Assembly (NCBI GenBank): GCA_964016885.1
Contig: OZ024740.1
Location: forward strand, 131,812,001 to 131,876,000
Length of the DNA stretch: 64,000 nucleotides
Direction of reading: 5' to 3'
Origin: Eledone cirrhosa
Lineage: Eukaryota
Shown here: piece by piece, positions 47,526 to 60,685 of the stretch
Numbering within the stretch: position 1 is the first letter of the stretch
Layout: the number at the start of each line of letters is the position of its first letter
Translations under genes and position numbers: made by a program
The notes under the pieces: model-generated
What the model was told of the DNA's origin: nothing
Databases searched by the model: none
Seen by the model: the letters and a program-made list of their open reading frames with translations, nothing else

Positions 47526-47740
47526 TGTAAAAGGTAAACAAAAATAACAACACAATCGGTACAGTATAGGGAAGGGATATTTTAGGTTAACGCTTGATAT
47601 AGCAGGAAGTGGTTCTTAACGTGTCGGACGCTAGTCCTTCATCAGAGGAAAAAAATAGAAATAAGATAGATGGAGGGGACGGGCGGGATGTAATTGGAAA
47701 AAAATGTCTTTAGATAAAAATAACTGGTCTATTCATGTTG
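47526..47740 (-). mobile_element. PLE pseudo-LTR-like cassette with HHR remnant (copy 2)
   Basis: Homologous to 13737-13925; minus strand CTGATGA-a-ggac(tagc)gtcc-GACAC-gtta at 47613-47650. Confidence 0.7.
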
Positions 47741-48878
47741 ATACATATATATATACATATTGAAACAAACTCCGCGCAAAGATAGCTCTTAAAACAGCAA
47801 AATGCTGGCAATGGCAGCGTCGGGTAACATTAGATCAAATGTGAGAAATCTGTAACCAGAAGTGTGTTGGCTCACAGAAGTTATGGGAAGAAATAAATAA
47901 AAGTTGTAAATGAACGAGACAAGATCATATAGATATCTTTGAACTGCTTCAGCTCTCAAACCGGCTGTGATTTCGCACAAAGTAAATTGAGAGGACGATA
48001 TAAAATTGCCGTCTCGGGCAACAGAAGAATACACATTGCTGTTGGCATGAGGTGTGTGCGATTAAACGAATACATCAAATAGACGAAAGATATATCAGAG
48101 AGAGAGGGGGGGGGGGGGTACATAGAGACAGAGAATAGTAAAGCGCTATCGGCATCAAATAGTGATTTCTCCCCTTCCCCGCTTTCCCTTCTCCTTCTTG
48201 CTGCTTATTTTCTTTGTTCTCTTCTTATGACTTTTCTCTATTTTTCTGATCTGTTTGCCTATATAAAATATTAGATTTATAGCGCACACATCATAACAAC
48301 TGAAATATATATATCTATTTTTTTCACGTTAAGGGAGTCGCCAATTTTATGCGGTCCTCTCAATTTAAATCGAATAAACACAGCCGGTTTCAGATCTGTA
48401 GTGTTTAAAAGATGTGTGGTCTTCTCTCTTTCATTTTCTTAATTTGTTTATTTCTTCCTATCATTTCTGCGGGCCAACCCCCTTCTGGCCACTGATTTCT
48501 GTCCTTTGAGGTAGTTTTATACAACGCTCTCATTGAAAGTATTCTGCTGTTTTAATAGCTATTCTTGAATTGACATTTGCTCGTTATCCTATGAATTATA
48601 ATACTCTCAGTTGTCGATAAAACCTAGTTCATGCTCTAAGGGGATGACATTTCCGAGGAATATCTTCAGAGTTTATTTGAACGGTGAACGGATCTTTCGA
48701 ATAAGAGATCCGAGGCACAACTGTGAAAGGAAGAACATTATTACCAAAATCTAGCCGCAAAACCAAGCGATTTCGACTTAAATTTGGTAAACCTTTTCAA
48801 AGTGTTACTATACACCCTTGCCGAATACAAGCAGAAACATCATGATATCTTAGCCACGGATTCTTAACCTCTTGTATA

Positions 48879-48926
48879 CATGGGTGGCGCTACCACATAG
48901 GCAAACTAGGCAGCCGCCTAGGGCGC
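48879..48926 (+). mobile_element. Possible hAT-like DNA transposon terminus
   Basis: GC-rich catgggtggcgctacc..taggcaaactaggcagccgcctagggcgc resembles hAT-family ends from memory; no partner end was found. Confidence 0.35.
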
Positions 48927-48989
48927 TGATTTCATGGAACGCATTTCTCAAAATCAACAACAATGTTGATAGTTTGTTTGTTATTTATA

Positions 48990-49900
48990 TAGTGAGTTTG
49001 ATTCGGAGAGGGTCTTGTATATTTGATATAGAGGAGAGAGATTGCTGTTTATTGATATAGAGGGGGTTATTGTAATATAGTTCTATGTAGTAGATATAGA
49101 GTGTGTGTGTGGGGGGGGGGGGGGGGGGGCAGTTTGCAGTTACTTGATAGGGAGAGGGGATTGGATGAGAGTTCAGTATAGTAGATATAGAGGTGTAGAG
49201 AGTTTGATAGTAATTGATATAGAGATTGGAATTGGAAGAGAGTTTCTTTAGTAGATATAGAGAGGGAAAGAGTTTGGGATTAACCGATATAGAGAGGGTG
49301 GTTAGGACAACGTGTTGTATGGTAGATATAAACAGGGGGATAATCTGGTTGTAATTGATAGCGTGATTGGGGTTTGTGAGAGTGTGTTGTATATTAGATA
49401 TAGAAAGGGGGAGAGATTGTTCATAATTGATATAAAGAAGTGTATTGTAAGAGTGTTCTGTGTAGGAGATATAGCGTGGGGGAGAGATTGATGTGTATTG
49501 ATACAGAGAGGTGTATTGGAAGAGATTTGCGTGGAGTAGATATAGAGTGGTGGAGAGTGTGATGCTAATTGATACGGAGAGGAGGATAGGAAGAGATTTC
49601 CGTGTAGTAGATATTGAGAGGGGAGAAGATTGGAGTTAATTGATAATGAGAGAGTTATTTGCAGAGAGTGCTGTATGGTAGATAAAGAGAGTGGCAGTGA
49701 TTGGTTGTGATGTATAGTTTTGTGAATGAATGAGAGAGAGTGTTGTATGGAGATATAGATAGGGCGATAGTTCGGTGGTAATTCATATAGTCAGCGGATT
49801 TGTGACAGTGTGCTGTATAGTTCATACATAGATTTAGAGGGAGAGAGATTGATGTTTAATGATACAGAGAGGGATATTGGAAGAAATGTACGTGTAGTAC
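48990..49900 (+). repeat. Degenerate G/A-rich minisatellite, about 70-75-bp period with two subunits
   Basis: Alternating tagtagatatagagaggg and taattgatatagagagg blocks, roughly a dozen units. Confidence 0.8.
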
Positions 49901-50041
49901 TCTTATTTGTGTTTATAATCTGCACGTTACAACCGCCTTAATCCAGGAGTACACAGAAATATAATCCCCACAAGAGTCGTTTTATATAGAAATGATTTCT
50001 ACAGGACTAGCGTATACGATTAAAACACTACTAGTCCTAGA

Positions 50042-50102
<61 letters not shown>

Positions 50103-50232
50103 GTGAAAGATTAATCATTTTAAAGGGTATCTATATTTAAAGTTCTAGTTAAACTTTAATTAGTTACCTAGCTAGGTGTGTGTGTCCTTACACACTTTTT
50201 ATAAATTATTCTCTGTGATCGTTTCATATGTT

Positions 50233-50264
<32 letters not shown>

Positions 50265-50281
50265 GTCAATCAAATTCTATT

Positions 50282-50426
<145 letters not shown>

Positions 50427-52261
50427 TATGCGTTTTGGTTGTATATGTGTTTTGGTTGTATATGTGTGTGTCTATGTGACTCTGTGTGCGTATCATTGTG
50501 CATAATATCTAAACATTTGCCGCCGTATTCCTGAATTATTGAATTATTCATTTGATGTTTTCTTTTGTTGTATTGTTTGTGGAGAGGTGGGTATAAAAAA
50601 ATGAATCGTAATTCATGAAATGGTTGTATGCGTCAAGTAAATGAAAACTGCCGATGGGAAATTTCCGTTTGGATTTGTCTAACCTGCCTCAACCTTCATA
50701 TGACAAAATCTAAACCAACTATCGTTGCTATGGTATATTCTGGTATTTTGTGAAATGACACAATTTCCTATCGTAGATTCATATAGTTTAAGGCCATGAT
50801 AACAAAATATAATCTTGTTTTATAGAAATAGATATAGTCACGAGTATATTTCTATAGTAATTGTACTATTGTTACAAATGCTCTACGTCCAGCACTAATT
50901 GTGTATGGACGACAATGCATTCTTTCAAACACAGTTCTGGCACTTTTCTAGACAGGTAATTTTAACTAATTATCACAGGTTTGATGTCATTACTGTCGTT
51001 CCTTGTACAACTGGAATAATTTGAGAATAATTCAAAACAACTTCATTTTAAGAACCAGTCGAAATAATTTTCAACGAAATTTCAGGATGATTTCATAGAA
51101 TTTGCTTCGGTTTCATTGTTGAGTATACCGTGCGTGAATAGTGATTAAAAAAAGATTCTGACGTTTGAAATTGGCAGAAATTACTGTATTACAATCATCA
51201 TATGACTTCGGAACTATACACATAATACACACACATATTAAATATACATGTATAAGGAAATTATACGTGTATACACACACATAATGTAGATACATGTAAA
51301 AGGAAATTATAAGGGTATAAGGGAAGTAAATAATGTTTTGAAGAAGCACGTAAGGTGCTTTTTAAACATAGACAAGATAGACAAGTTAATTGCAGTATAC
51401 AAAGTAATTTGTTCAAATGAAATAAATTTGTTGTTGTTATTATATTAGTCATGAATGGTTTATAATCATTTGTACTAAGCGATTTTGCTCTTAGAAATGT
51501 TTTAAAGATGTATCTAATTTATGCTGTCACTGGATCTATTTCAGATGTCTACGTGGACACAATGAGAGAGGGGGACACAATGAGACAAAAGAAAATCAGA
51601 TTAAATGTTGCGATACACATAGGTTGAACAGCACCTAGGCCCACAATTAAACCTTACTCAAAATGACCCGCACACGTAAGCAGCTCATGCACGCGTGCAC
51701 TCAAACAAATACTGTGTAAAAGTATAAATGTGTTGTGAATACTGCAACTGTAGAAGTATATACACAGCAATTACAAGCACAAATAAAACAAACATTATAC
51801 GTACGTATCTACAAGTACGTATGCATATATGCGCATGCGTATACAATCATGGAAATATATGGGCAGAATATAAGATAGGAGGACGGGCATAATTGCTATG
51901 CGGTATGGGTGTGACAAAGTGTATATGCATGCACGGTGCAGCAGTGTGTTTCAGTAATTAACAGACTTTGTGCAAATATATCTAAAATCTGTGTATTTTA
52001 GGACATTTGTGTGTAATGGGATGGATAAATAAGTTTGTGATGACGGATGTACGTGTTACTTGTATTCTGAGGCGCGCATGCGTGTTGATTGGTATATAAA
52101 ATTGTTGAGTATGTGTGTGTTATAGACAGTTGGAAATGACATGTTGTAGTCGAAATACCAGGTCATACTCAGTCCTGAACACGGATAATGCTGGGACACA
52201 GTTGTTGTCTATACTTGTATGAGGAACGAAACTTACAGTAGATAGTAATGTTCTTGTCTAG

Positions 52262-52389
52262 GATCAAATATCTCTGCGTATCGACTACCTACGCAGACGC
52301 TTCTTTATCCGCTGCAGATGGACATGCAGATCAAAAGGCATAGTAGACGTTAGAAGATGCATAGGTGAAATGAATCCTGATTCGAAATG
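52262..52389 (+). other. Candidate isolated exon
   Basis: ttcttgtctAG acceptor, strong G|GTAAGT donor, one open frame (DQISLRIDYLRRRFFIRCRW...); no recognisable homology. Confidence 0.25.
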
Positions 52390-53319
52390 GTAAGTGGGGT
52401 ACATGTTAATTAGTCCATAATACCTTAACATCTCAACGAGTGGAATAACTATGAAACAATCATATGTAATAAATTAAAGTGAGAAAAAACGAATCAGGTA
52501 GACAAAAACAATAGTTTATCTAATCTCGCTTATATAATAGCTCACTACCATGGTTTCGTTTATCGAATAATTCTTATTAATTACTAATATATTAATCAAG
52601 CATTCTTAATTAATAATTCTTTAAGTTAATATTAATATATTTCTTCATCTGTCGAGTTGTACGAGAGATGTTTCGTCTGCTATTTCTAACATCATTAAAA
52701 GCCTGTCTCATAGTCTTAATATGTTAAGACCAATTTGCTTACGTAATATTTCTACTATAGAAGGTGGTTTTTCTTTCAGCATGCTGCCTCGGCAAATGAA
52801 ACTGTATGTATAATTTATTGGTCAATATACCCTTTAAGCGATGAATTATCATTGAACTCACGTTGTAACGTTTAAATCTTGACAAACTTGGTTTGTAAAA
52901 ATCCTTTTACCTGTTCATCAAAAATGTAAACATATTCCATTAAATGCAAATGAATTACCGAATATTATACATGGCAAACCAAACTCTCACTCCGAATCAG
53001 AGTGATAATTCATTGCCAACAATTATGTGACCTTGCTACAAGTCAAATACTACGTATTGGGAATTTAGACGTATGTGCACCTAATTGGTCCTGCAATTTC
53101 AAAATCTTTCCACTTTATCTTTGTTAAGACAATCCCCAGGCCAAACACGTATATATAAATATAATATATAACCACGTCTGAATAAATTCTAAGGAGAAAT
53201 GTTTGCGAAGTACTATCCACCCCACCCAAATAAACACATGACAACCTTGCTAGTTTTGCTAATGGAATTTTTATCATTATCATTTGTTTTGTGCTTGATA
53301 AAGAAAACAGTATTATCAC

Positions 53320-53622
53320 CAGTGGCAGTATCGGTAGAGGGTTAGACGCCATGCTTTCTAGCATAGTTACGTCCTTTTTCGGTCTGATTTCCAATCCCGT
53401 CGAGGTTAACTTTACCTTTCATCCTTAAGGGGGTCGATAAAATAATTGCTGGCCTTGTGCCAAAAGTAGAAACAATTATTATAGGCAGTATCTGTTGGGC
53501 GTCAGAGACCGTACTTTGCGGCATAGAGTTACTGCGTTTATGCTCTAATTTCAAATAACATCGAGGTTAGCTTTGGTTTTCATTCTTACGGGGTCGATAA
53601 ATAAAACTCCATTAATGTACTG
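53320..53622 (+). mobile_element. Head-to-tail pair of SINE copies
   Basis: tggcagtatcggtagaggg...aaaagtagaaacaattatt followed at once by a second diverged ggcagtatc...cggggtcgataaa. Confidence 0.85.
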
Positions 53623-54322
53623 GGGACGATTTAAATGGCTTTCTCTTCCCATAAAAATCATTGGCATTGTACCACATTAAATCATTAAACATTATTTTGT
53701 TATCACAAAACCATTTGAATCCGAAAAGTGAAAGGGTCAAATCGCTAATCCTACATATACAAACGCACACAAACATACGCACATAAATGAAATAGTTGTG
53801 CATAGGACATTTTATTGAGTCATAGCAAAATAAGGCACATATTTACATCGGTATGATCGGAGCATATAAACCAATATTATATAATGAATTTCAGCGATTT
53901 CCTATCGTCATAGATGCAATATTTTTATTTACATCCGAAATAGTCTATTTGCTTGTTCATGTTTTTTATTTACTTTTTTGTTATTCATAAGGTCTCAATG
54001 GCACAAAATTGACTTGTTTCGGGGAAAAAAGCTCATCTTCATTTGAATCGTCTCTGGTTTTTTCGCATAGCTTGGATATAAACGATTATATTTTATGTGG
54101 CATTTGTATGACTGGTTCAACCTTATGCATCGAGACCGGTGGTTGATGTGACGGGCTTAATTTGGTGTGACTTTGTCATAACTGTGTGTTATCTCCATTG
54201 TACTCATTTTCTTATATTTGAAAGAAAACGTACACTAATTCGTCTTCATACGCATGAACATGTTTCACACACACGCCCACGCACACATATGCATACATAC
54301 ACACACACACACACACAGACAC

Positions 54323-54377
<55 letters not shown>

Positions 54378-54380
54378 ATC

Positions 54381-54427
<47 letters not shown>

Positions 54428-54478
54428 GAATAAAATAAAATAAATAAGTCAAATGTTTAAAATTTAGCTTCGTTTATT

Positions 54479-54533
54479 ACTGCAATATATATTTCGGTGA
54501 CAGCCATCTTAGGCTGTGAACTCTTCAGGCAGT
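54479..54533 (-). ncRNA. Type I hammerhead ribozyme
   Basis: actgc-CTGAAGA-gttcacagcc(taaga)tggctgtcacc-GAAA-tatata-TT-gcagt; AUU triplet. Confidence 0.8.
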
Positions 54534-54771
54534 CCAAATTAGTGTGGTATAGACAAGTACATATGTTGTTGAGGGGTATAACTTTGTCAATACTCTGATA
54601 TGCCCAGTTCCTGGTTGGGTTGTTATTTCACTGAGGAACTGGAATCCTATTATTCCAATGATTCCAGTTCCTCAGTGAAATATAGCACAGCCAGGAACTG
54701 GGCATATCAGAGTATTGAAAAAGTTATACACCTCAACAACATATGTACTTGTCTATACCACACTAATTAGG

Positions 54772-54826
54772 ACTGCCTGAAGGGGTCACAGCCAAAGATG
54801 GCTGTCACCGAAATATATATAGCAGT
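54772..54826 (+). ncRNA. Type I hammerhead ribozyme (A9 to G variant)
   Basis: actgc-CTGAAGG-ggtcacagcc(aaaga)tggctgtcacc-GAAA-tatata-TA-gcagt. Confidence 0.72.
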
Positions 54827-54979
54827 AATAAACGAAGCTAAATTTTAAATATTTTATTTATTTATTTTATTTTATTTTATTTTACATTACTCCGAAGTAA
54901 CCAGTCCAACCGGCGCACTTCATCGCGTGTTCCAATCTGCATACTAAGGTGTTGGTATACAACCAACATATACTCAAAA

Positions 54980-55088
<109 letters not shown>

Positions 55089-55091
55089 TTA

Positions 55092-55508
<417 letters not shown>

Positions 55509-55598
55509 ATATATATATATATTTCGTTTCTGAAATAGTTTAGCAAGATTCATTATCTGAAAACGTATGTTGAAACCGATGTTATTGGCAACAAATAT

Positions 55599-55648
<50 letters not shown>

Positions 55649-55770
55649 TATGTATATGAATATATATATATATATATATATATGTAGAAGTTCTATTTAA
55701 ATTGTTGGGATACAACAAGCAAATATTTTTATAACTAATATAAAACACTCAACAAATTATTGTAGTAAAA

Positions 55771-56269
55771 ATACGGTATTAACAAATAGAAACTATATTT
55801 ATAAAACCATATTTATTTCATTATACATATATCAAGGACAGCAAGTTAAATTATGGTGTGCTTTCATCACATAAAATATAATATAAAGCAGTTTTATAAA
55901 TAAATATTGACATACCCTTAAATAATGCGACCATTACTGTTGGAAGCTCTCTTTTTTCTCTCTCATGTTCTTCCCCCTCTCTCTCTCTTTCTTTCTCCGT
56001 AACCCAACGGCTTATTTAAATCTACTCTGATTTAAAAATATCCAATACTAATTTACATAATAGTATAAATAAATGTATAACCCCACTATCCGGGAGCTTT
56101 CAACAGTAATGGTCGCATGTTTTAAGGCTATGTCAATATTTATTCATAAAGCTGGTCTATATTATATTTTATCTGATGAAAGCACATCATAATTTAACTT
56201 GGTGTCCTTGAAATATGTATAATGAAATAAATATGGTTTTATAAATATAGTTTCCATTTGTTAATATCG

Positions 56270-56272
<3 letters not shown>
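55771..56272. repeat. Fold-back inverted repeat (~180-bp arms, ~140-bp spacer) carrying HHR motifs
   Basis: 55771-55951 is mirrored by 56092-56272; right end abuts (TA)n. Confidence 0.9.
56167..56227 (+). ncRNA. Type I hammerhead ribozyme, intact core
   Basis: ttttat-CTGATGA-aagcac...gtgtcctt-GAAA-tatgta-TA-atgaaa; the mirror copy at about 55816-55876 has GTGATGA and GATA mutations. Confidence 0.78.
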
Positions 56273-56354
<82 letters not shown>

Positions 56355-56522
56355 CGGAAAAAAATGAAACGATATTTCATTTCCCACTCTTAGTACGGCT
56401 GTTACTTAAATATAAGTATGTACACGTACATACATATATGTATACCGACGTACAGTAGTATGTATATATATATATACATACATGCACACATATATATATA
56501 TGCACGTATGGATTCACCGAAC

Positions 56523-56719
56523 ATTTATTATAATGCTCGGTGTGTTTGTAAACAAACATCCCGTATTAAGCCGTAGTGTCTAGCAACCACCGTTGCTCGT
56601 TTGTTCAACACTGACAAAGGAACGCTGTCAGTGTTGAACAAACGAGCAACGGTGGTTGCTAGACACTACGGCTTAATACGGGATGTTTGTTTACAAACAC
56701 ACCGAGCATTATAATAAAT
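56523..56719. repeat. Perfect palindrome, 94-bp arms, 9-nt loop
   Basis: 56523-56616 is the reverse complement of 56626-56719 with no mismatch seen; loop aaggaacgc. Confidence 0.97.
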
Positions 56720-56731
56720 ATACGTGTCATA

Positions 56732-56818
<87 letters not shown>

Positions 56819-56828
56819 GTATATATAT

Positions 56829-57460
56829 ATTCTCAGTGTATACTGTTTAATGTTCAATGCCATCCTCAGCATTCTTGTGTTGCACCCATCCACCATCTGA
56901 GTGAGTCTCTTGGTCAGTGTCCAAGTCTCAGACCCATACAGCAGCACAGACTCCACTACAGCAATGAAGAGGCGGATTTTCAGGTCTCTACGAAGGTCTG
57001 ACTTCCACACCGATCTCAAGCTGTGACACGCCGCCCAGGCCTTGCTCTTCCTCTCAACCACATCATCTTCCGTATTCCCAATCTTTGCTCCCAAATACAG
57101 GAAGTCCTCAACCAATTCCAGCGGCTTCCCGCCTACATTAGTGATCCCCTCTGGCTTCTCAACATTCTCTACCAGATATTTTGTTTTAGACTCATTCATT
57201 CTTAGCCCCACACTCATCGACACAGTCTCAACCTCCCGCATCAAATCCTCTGCCTCCTTCACTGTATTTGTCACCAAAACTATGTCGTCGGCAAATTCAG
57301 CATCCGATACCTTTTTCGCCCCAACTCTCCTGCTCTGAGCCGGTGCTACAGTAAAGCCAGAGTCCTGGTGTTTCTCCAGTGCAAGGCGCATACAATAGTC
57401 CACTACGATGATAAAAAGGTAGGGAGCCAATGTATCTCCCTGGAGCACTCCAGCCAGCAC
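56829..57460 (-). mobile_element. RTE LINE, inverted 5' segment (RT core)
   Basis: [35 protein letters not shown]; ends in (TA)n. Confidence 0.95.
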
Positions 57461-57740
57461 TCAGAGCTGTATGGGAGCATCCCAAAGTCAGCTCAAAAGT
57501 GACACAGGGAAGACTGAGGTTGGCTGGACATGCTCACCGACATCCAGAGTTGACATTGCACTCAGTGCTCCTTTGGGAGCCCCTACATGGACACACTAAA
57601 AGAGGAAGACCAAGGTTAACATATGTTGATGCCCTAAGGACAGACACTGGTCTGTTGGAGATTCAGGATATAGCAGCGATAATGAGGGACAGAGACCGCT
57701 GGAGAGAACTCGTCCATGGATCTCGGGAATTTTACCCGTC
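57459..57740 (+). mobile_element. RTE LINE, forward 3' segment
   Basis: ctcagagctgtatggg...GRPRLTYVD...gatctcgggaattttacccgtc, then tagatagatatata. Confidence 0.95.
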
Positions 57741-58443
57741 TTAGATAGATATATATATATACACAATTTAGTACAGCATCATAACTGCAATCTCTGTGTG
57801 CAGGTAAGCACTGAATAGGATATATTACACTAGAGTTATAACATTACGTTTAGACAGCTTTGCAAATTGAAGAGAGCGACCGTTAAACGGGCCGCAGTGA
57901 CCATAGCGACGAAAAAAACTGAAGTCAGGATAAAATGTTTGACTAACCTGGACGGTCGCGTGGACATCATACACAACACATGATATATATCATGTAATAT
58001 ACATCACATATAATATATAATATCTCCGCTATGTTTCTATAAATCCTAAATCGACAAAATCAACTTCGAGGGGTTTGCAATTTAATAGTTTTGGGAAGAT
58101 AACATTTACTTCGGCAACAAGTTTTTAGTTCTCTTCCGCCCGGGTGTGAAAGCTAGCAGTAAGCAGGCACATGGTTTTCCCGAAGTAACCCCCGGTTTTG
58201 GCGGTCAATTCAAATTTGGAACAAATGAATAACATTCCTTTACACAAACCGAATTAAGCACTCAACTAGAAGTTATCAAACAAACATAAACAATTAATCA
58301 ATCAATAGAATTGTCTAATTGAATTGATCAATTAATCATTAATTCTAGGAGATAATACAAAATTCAGTACAGCATCATCGAAGCGTTCATTGCAGCCAAG
58401 CTAACGAATGCATTCTCGGTGTGCTGCTAAGCTCTCAATAGGG

Positions 58444-58490
<47 letters not shown>

Positions 58491-58510
58491 AAGCATTGTG
58501 GAATAATAAG

Positions 58511-60685
58511 GTATATTTCTTTAAGTCGTCTTGGAAGCCTCGACAATGCAGGTGGGTAAATCTCCGGGTAACAAGATTCGGTGGTGGAGAGAGAGATGTA
58601 AGTGAGTATACGTTCAGATGTGTAGCGTGTAGAAGAATATAGCGTGTAGAAGAATGTAGGAAAGATCGTAAAGGATAAAAATAATAACACGAGTTAGAGT
58701 TACATTGGGAGAGATTTTATTGTCCCTATATATTTCGAATTCACATCCATCAACTGGGGTTTTTTTCCGAGGGGGGAGAAAAGTTTTCTGTAGGAAAGGT
58801 GCGAAACATGCCCTCCGCTGTTCGTTGTTTTGAATATTTAGCTGAGCGCGCGTGCGCGTGAAATGGGGTCGGTCAAGCAGAGGTCGGCTGCCGAAATATA
58901 TATTTTAATTGTGGGAGTGGGGTGGCGTTAGCTCTCAGTCCATAGTATTCTCTGCCTGTTTATTGACTGTCACTGTGTGTGTGTATGTGTGTGTGCGTGC
59001 TTTGTTGTCTCACTTGAGTGTGTTTGAGTGTGTTGCCTCTTCGTCTGTATTGGCAGTGTAGTATGTTCGTATAGTGAAATGCTACTGTGTGTGTGCGTGT
59101 GTTGCTGTCTCGCTTGTGTGAGTGTGTGTGCGTGTTTTTCTGCATCGTTTGTTTACTTAAACCAACCACCTCATTTCGCTTCTCTGGGGATCGGCTGTTT
59201 ATTTGTGGCCCTAGGCCTTTGATCCAAAGTGTTTCCTTGATTCGTAATGTGCCGACGTTTCTTTCTGCCGCTTGAATTGTGACAATGGGCCTTTCGTCTT
59301 TGTTTCCGCATTTGGCTATGTGTTTCCGGAAGGGCGAGGCCCTGGTATTAATGTGCTCCTTGATCCGGATGTGCAGCGGCCGGATTGTGTAACCTATATA
59401 GTATGGGTTGCACTTGTTACATGCTATCTTATACACGACGTATGTGTGTAGGCAACAGTTCGTATGGCGCATCGGGCAGTCTCTGAGGGAGCACGCGTCA
59501 GTTGATTTCCCGGATTTCCTGGAGAGGCATCTTCCGAGGGAGGAGCCCGAGTGGGCCAGGTGGATGTCGAGGCCCTCCCTACGTATAGCCTTGCGGATAG
59601 CGTTGGTGGTATTCTCGCCCAGGTGTGGTATTTTAAGGAAGCAATTGCCCTGGGTGTTTCTCTGTCTCTTGTGTCTGGTGTCTCTTACTCTGTTTGTGAG
59701 CGTGGTAGGGTACCCATTCGTCTCCAGCAATTCGAGGTATCGCTTGGTATGAGTGACACCCCTCGCGGGATCGCTGCATCTGTTTTTAATTATACTATAT
59801 AGGTGGCACAATCCTGCCGCTGCACATCCGGATCAAGGAGAACACTAACACCAGGGCCTCGTCTTTCCGGAAACACATAGCCAAATGCGGAAAGAAAGAC
59901 GGAAGGCCCATTGTCAGAATTCTAGCGACGGAAAGAATCGTCGGCACATTACGAAACAAGGAAGCACTGTGGATCAAACTCCTAGGGCCACAAATAAACA
60001 ACCGATCCGAAAGAAGCGAAATGATGTGGTTGGTTTAAGTAAACAAACGCTGCAGCAACACACGCACACACACACACACGCAATCGAGACATCAAGACAC
60101 GCACACACACACATACAGTAGCATTCCACCATACGAACATACTACACTGTCAATACAGACTAACGAGGCAATAACACACGCACACACACACTCAAGCGAG
60201 ACAACAACACACGCAGTAACATTCACCAAACAGGCAGATAATACTATGGACTGAGATCTAACGCCACCGCACTCCCACAATTGAAAGAACTATTTCGGCC
60301 GCCAACCTCTGCTTGACCGTACCCATCTCATGCGCACGCGGGCTCTGCTGAATACCTCAGATATTCAAAACAACGAACAGCGGAGGACGCGTTTCGCACC
60401 TTGCCGACAGACAACTCCCCCCCCCCCCCGGAAAAAACCCAGTTGATGGATGTGAATCCAAAATATATAAGGACAATAACATCCCACCCAAGGTAACTCT
60501 ATCTCGTGTTATTATTTTTATCCTTTACGCTCTTTCCTACATTCTTCTACACGCTACATTCTTCTACACGCTACACATCTGAACGTACACTCACTTACAT
60601 CTCTCTTTCCACCACCGGATCTTGTTACCCGGAGATTTACCCATCTGCATTGTTGAGGCTTTCAAAACGACTTAAAGAAATATAC
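58511..60685. mobile_element. Penelope-like element forming a large inverted pair (left arm 58511-59790 minus, right arm 59792-60685 plus)
   Basis: GIY-YIG VVYKIACNKC..YYIG.T.RPLHIRIKEH and thumb NGYP in ORF 58960..59811; 59792-60685 mirrors 58511-59405; TA tracts near both ends. Confidence 0.92.

Larger units (their letters stand above)
54429..54880. repeat. Fold-back palindrome (~190-220-bp arms, 13-nt loop at 54647-54659) with an HHR in each arm
   Basis: Arms are near-identical reverse complements; flanked by TA and (TTTTA)n tracts. Confidence 0.95.

Noticed and set aside
48640-48675. Minus-strand CTGAAGA...GGAAA..ATC motif
   Set aside because: Stems I and II do not pair properly.
48990-49900. 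CRISPR-like repeat-spacer array
   Set aside because: Eukaryotic context, degenerate repeats, spacers similar to each other and no cas genes.
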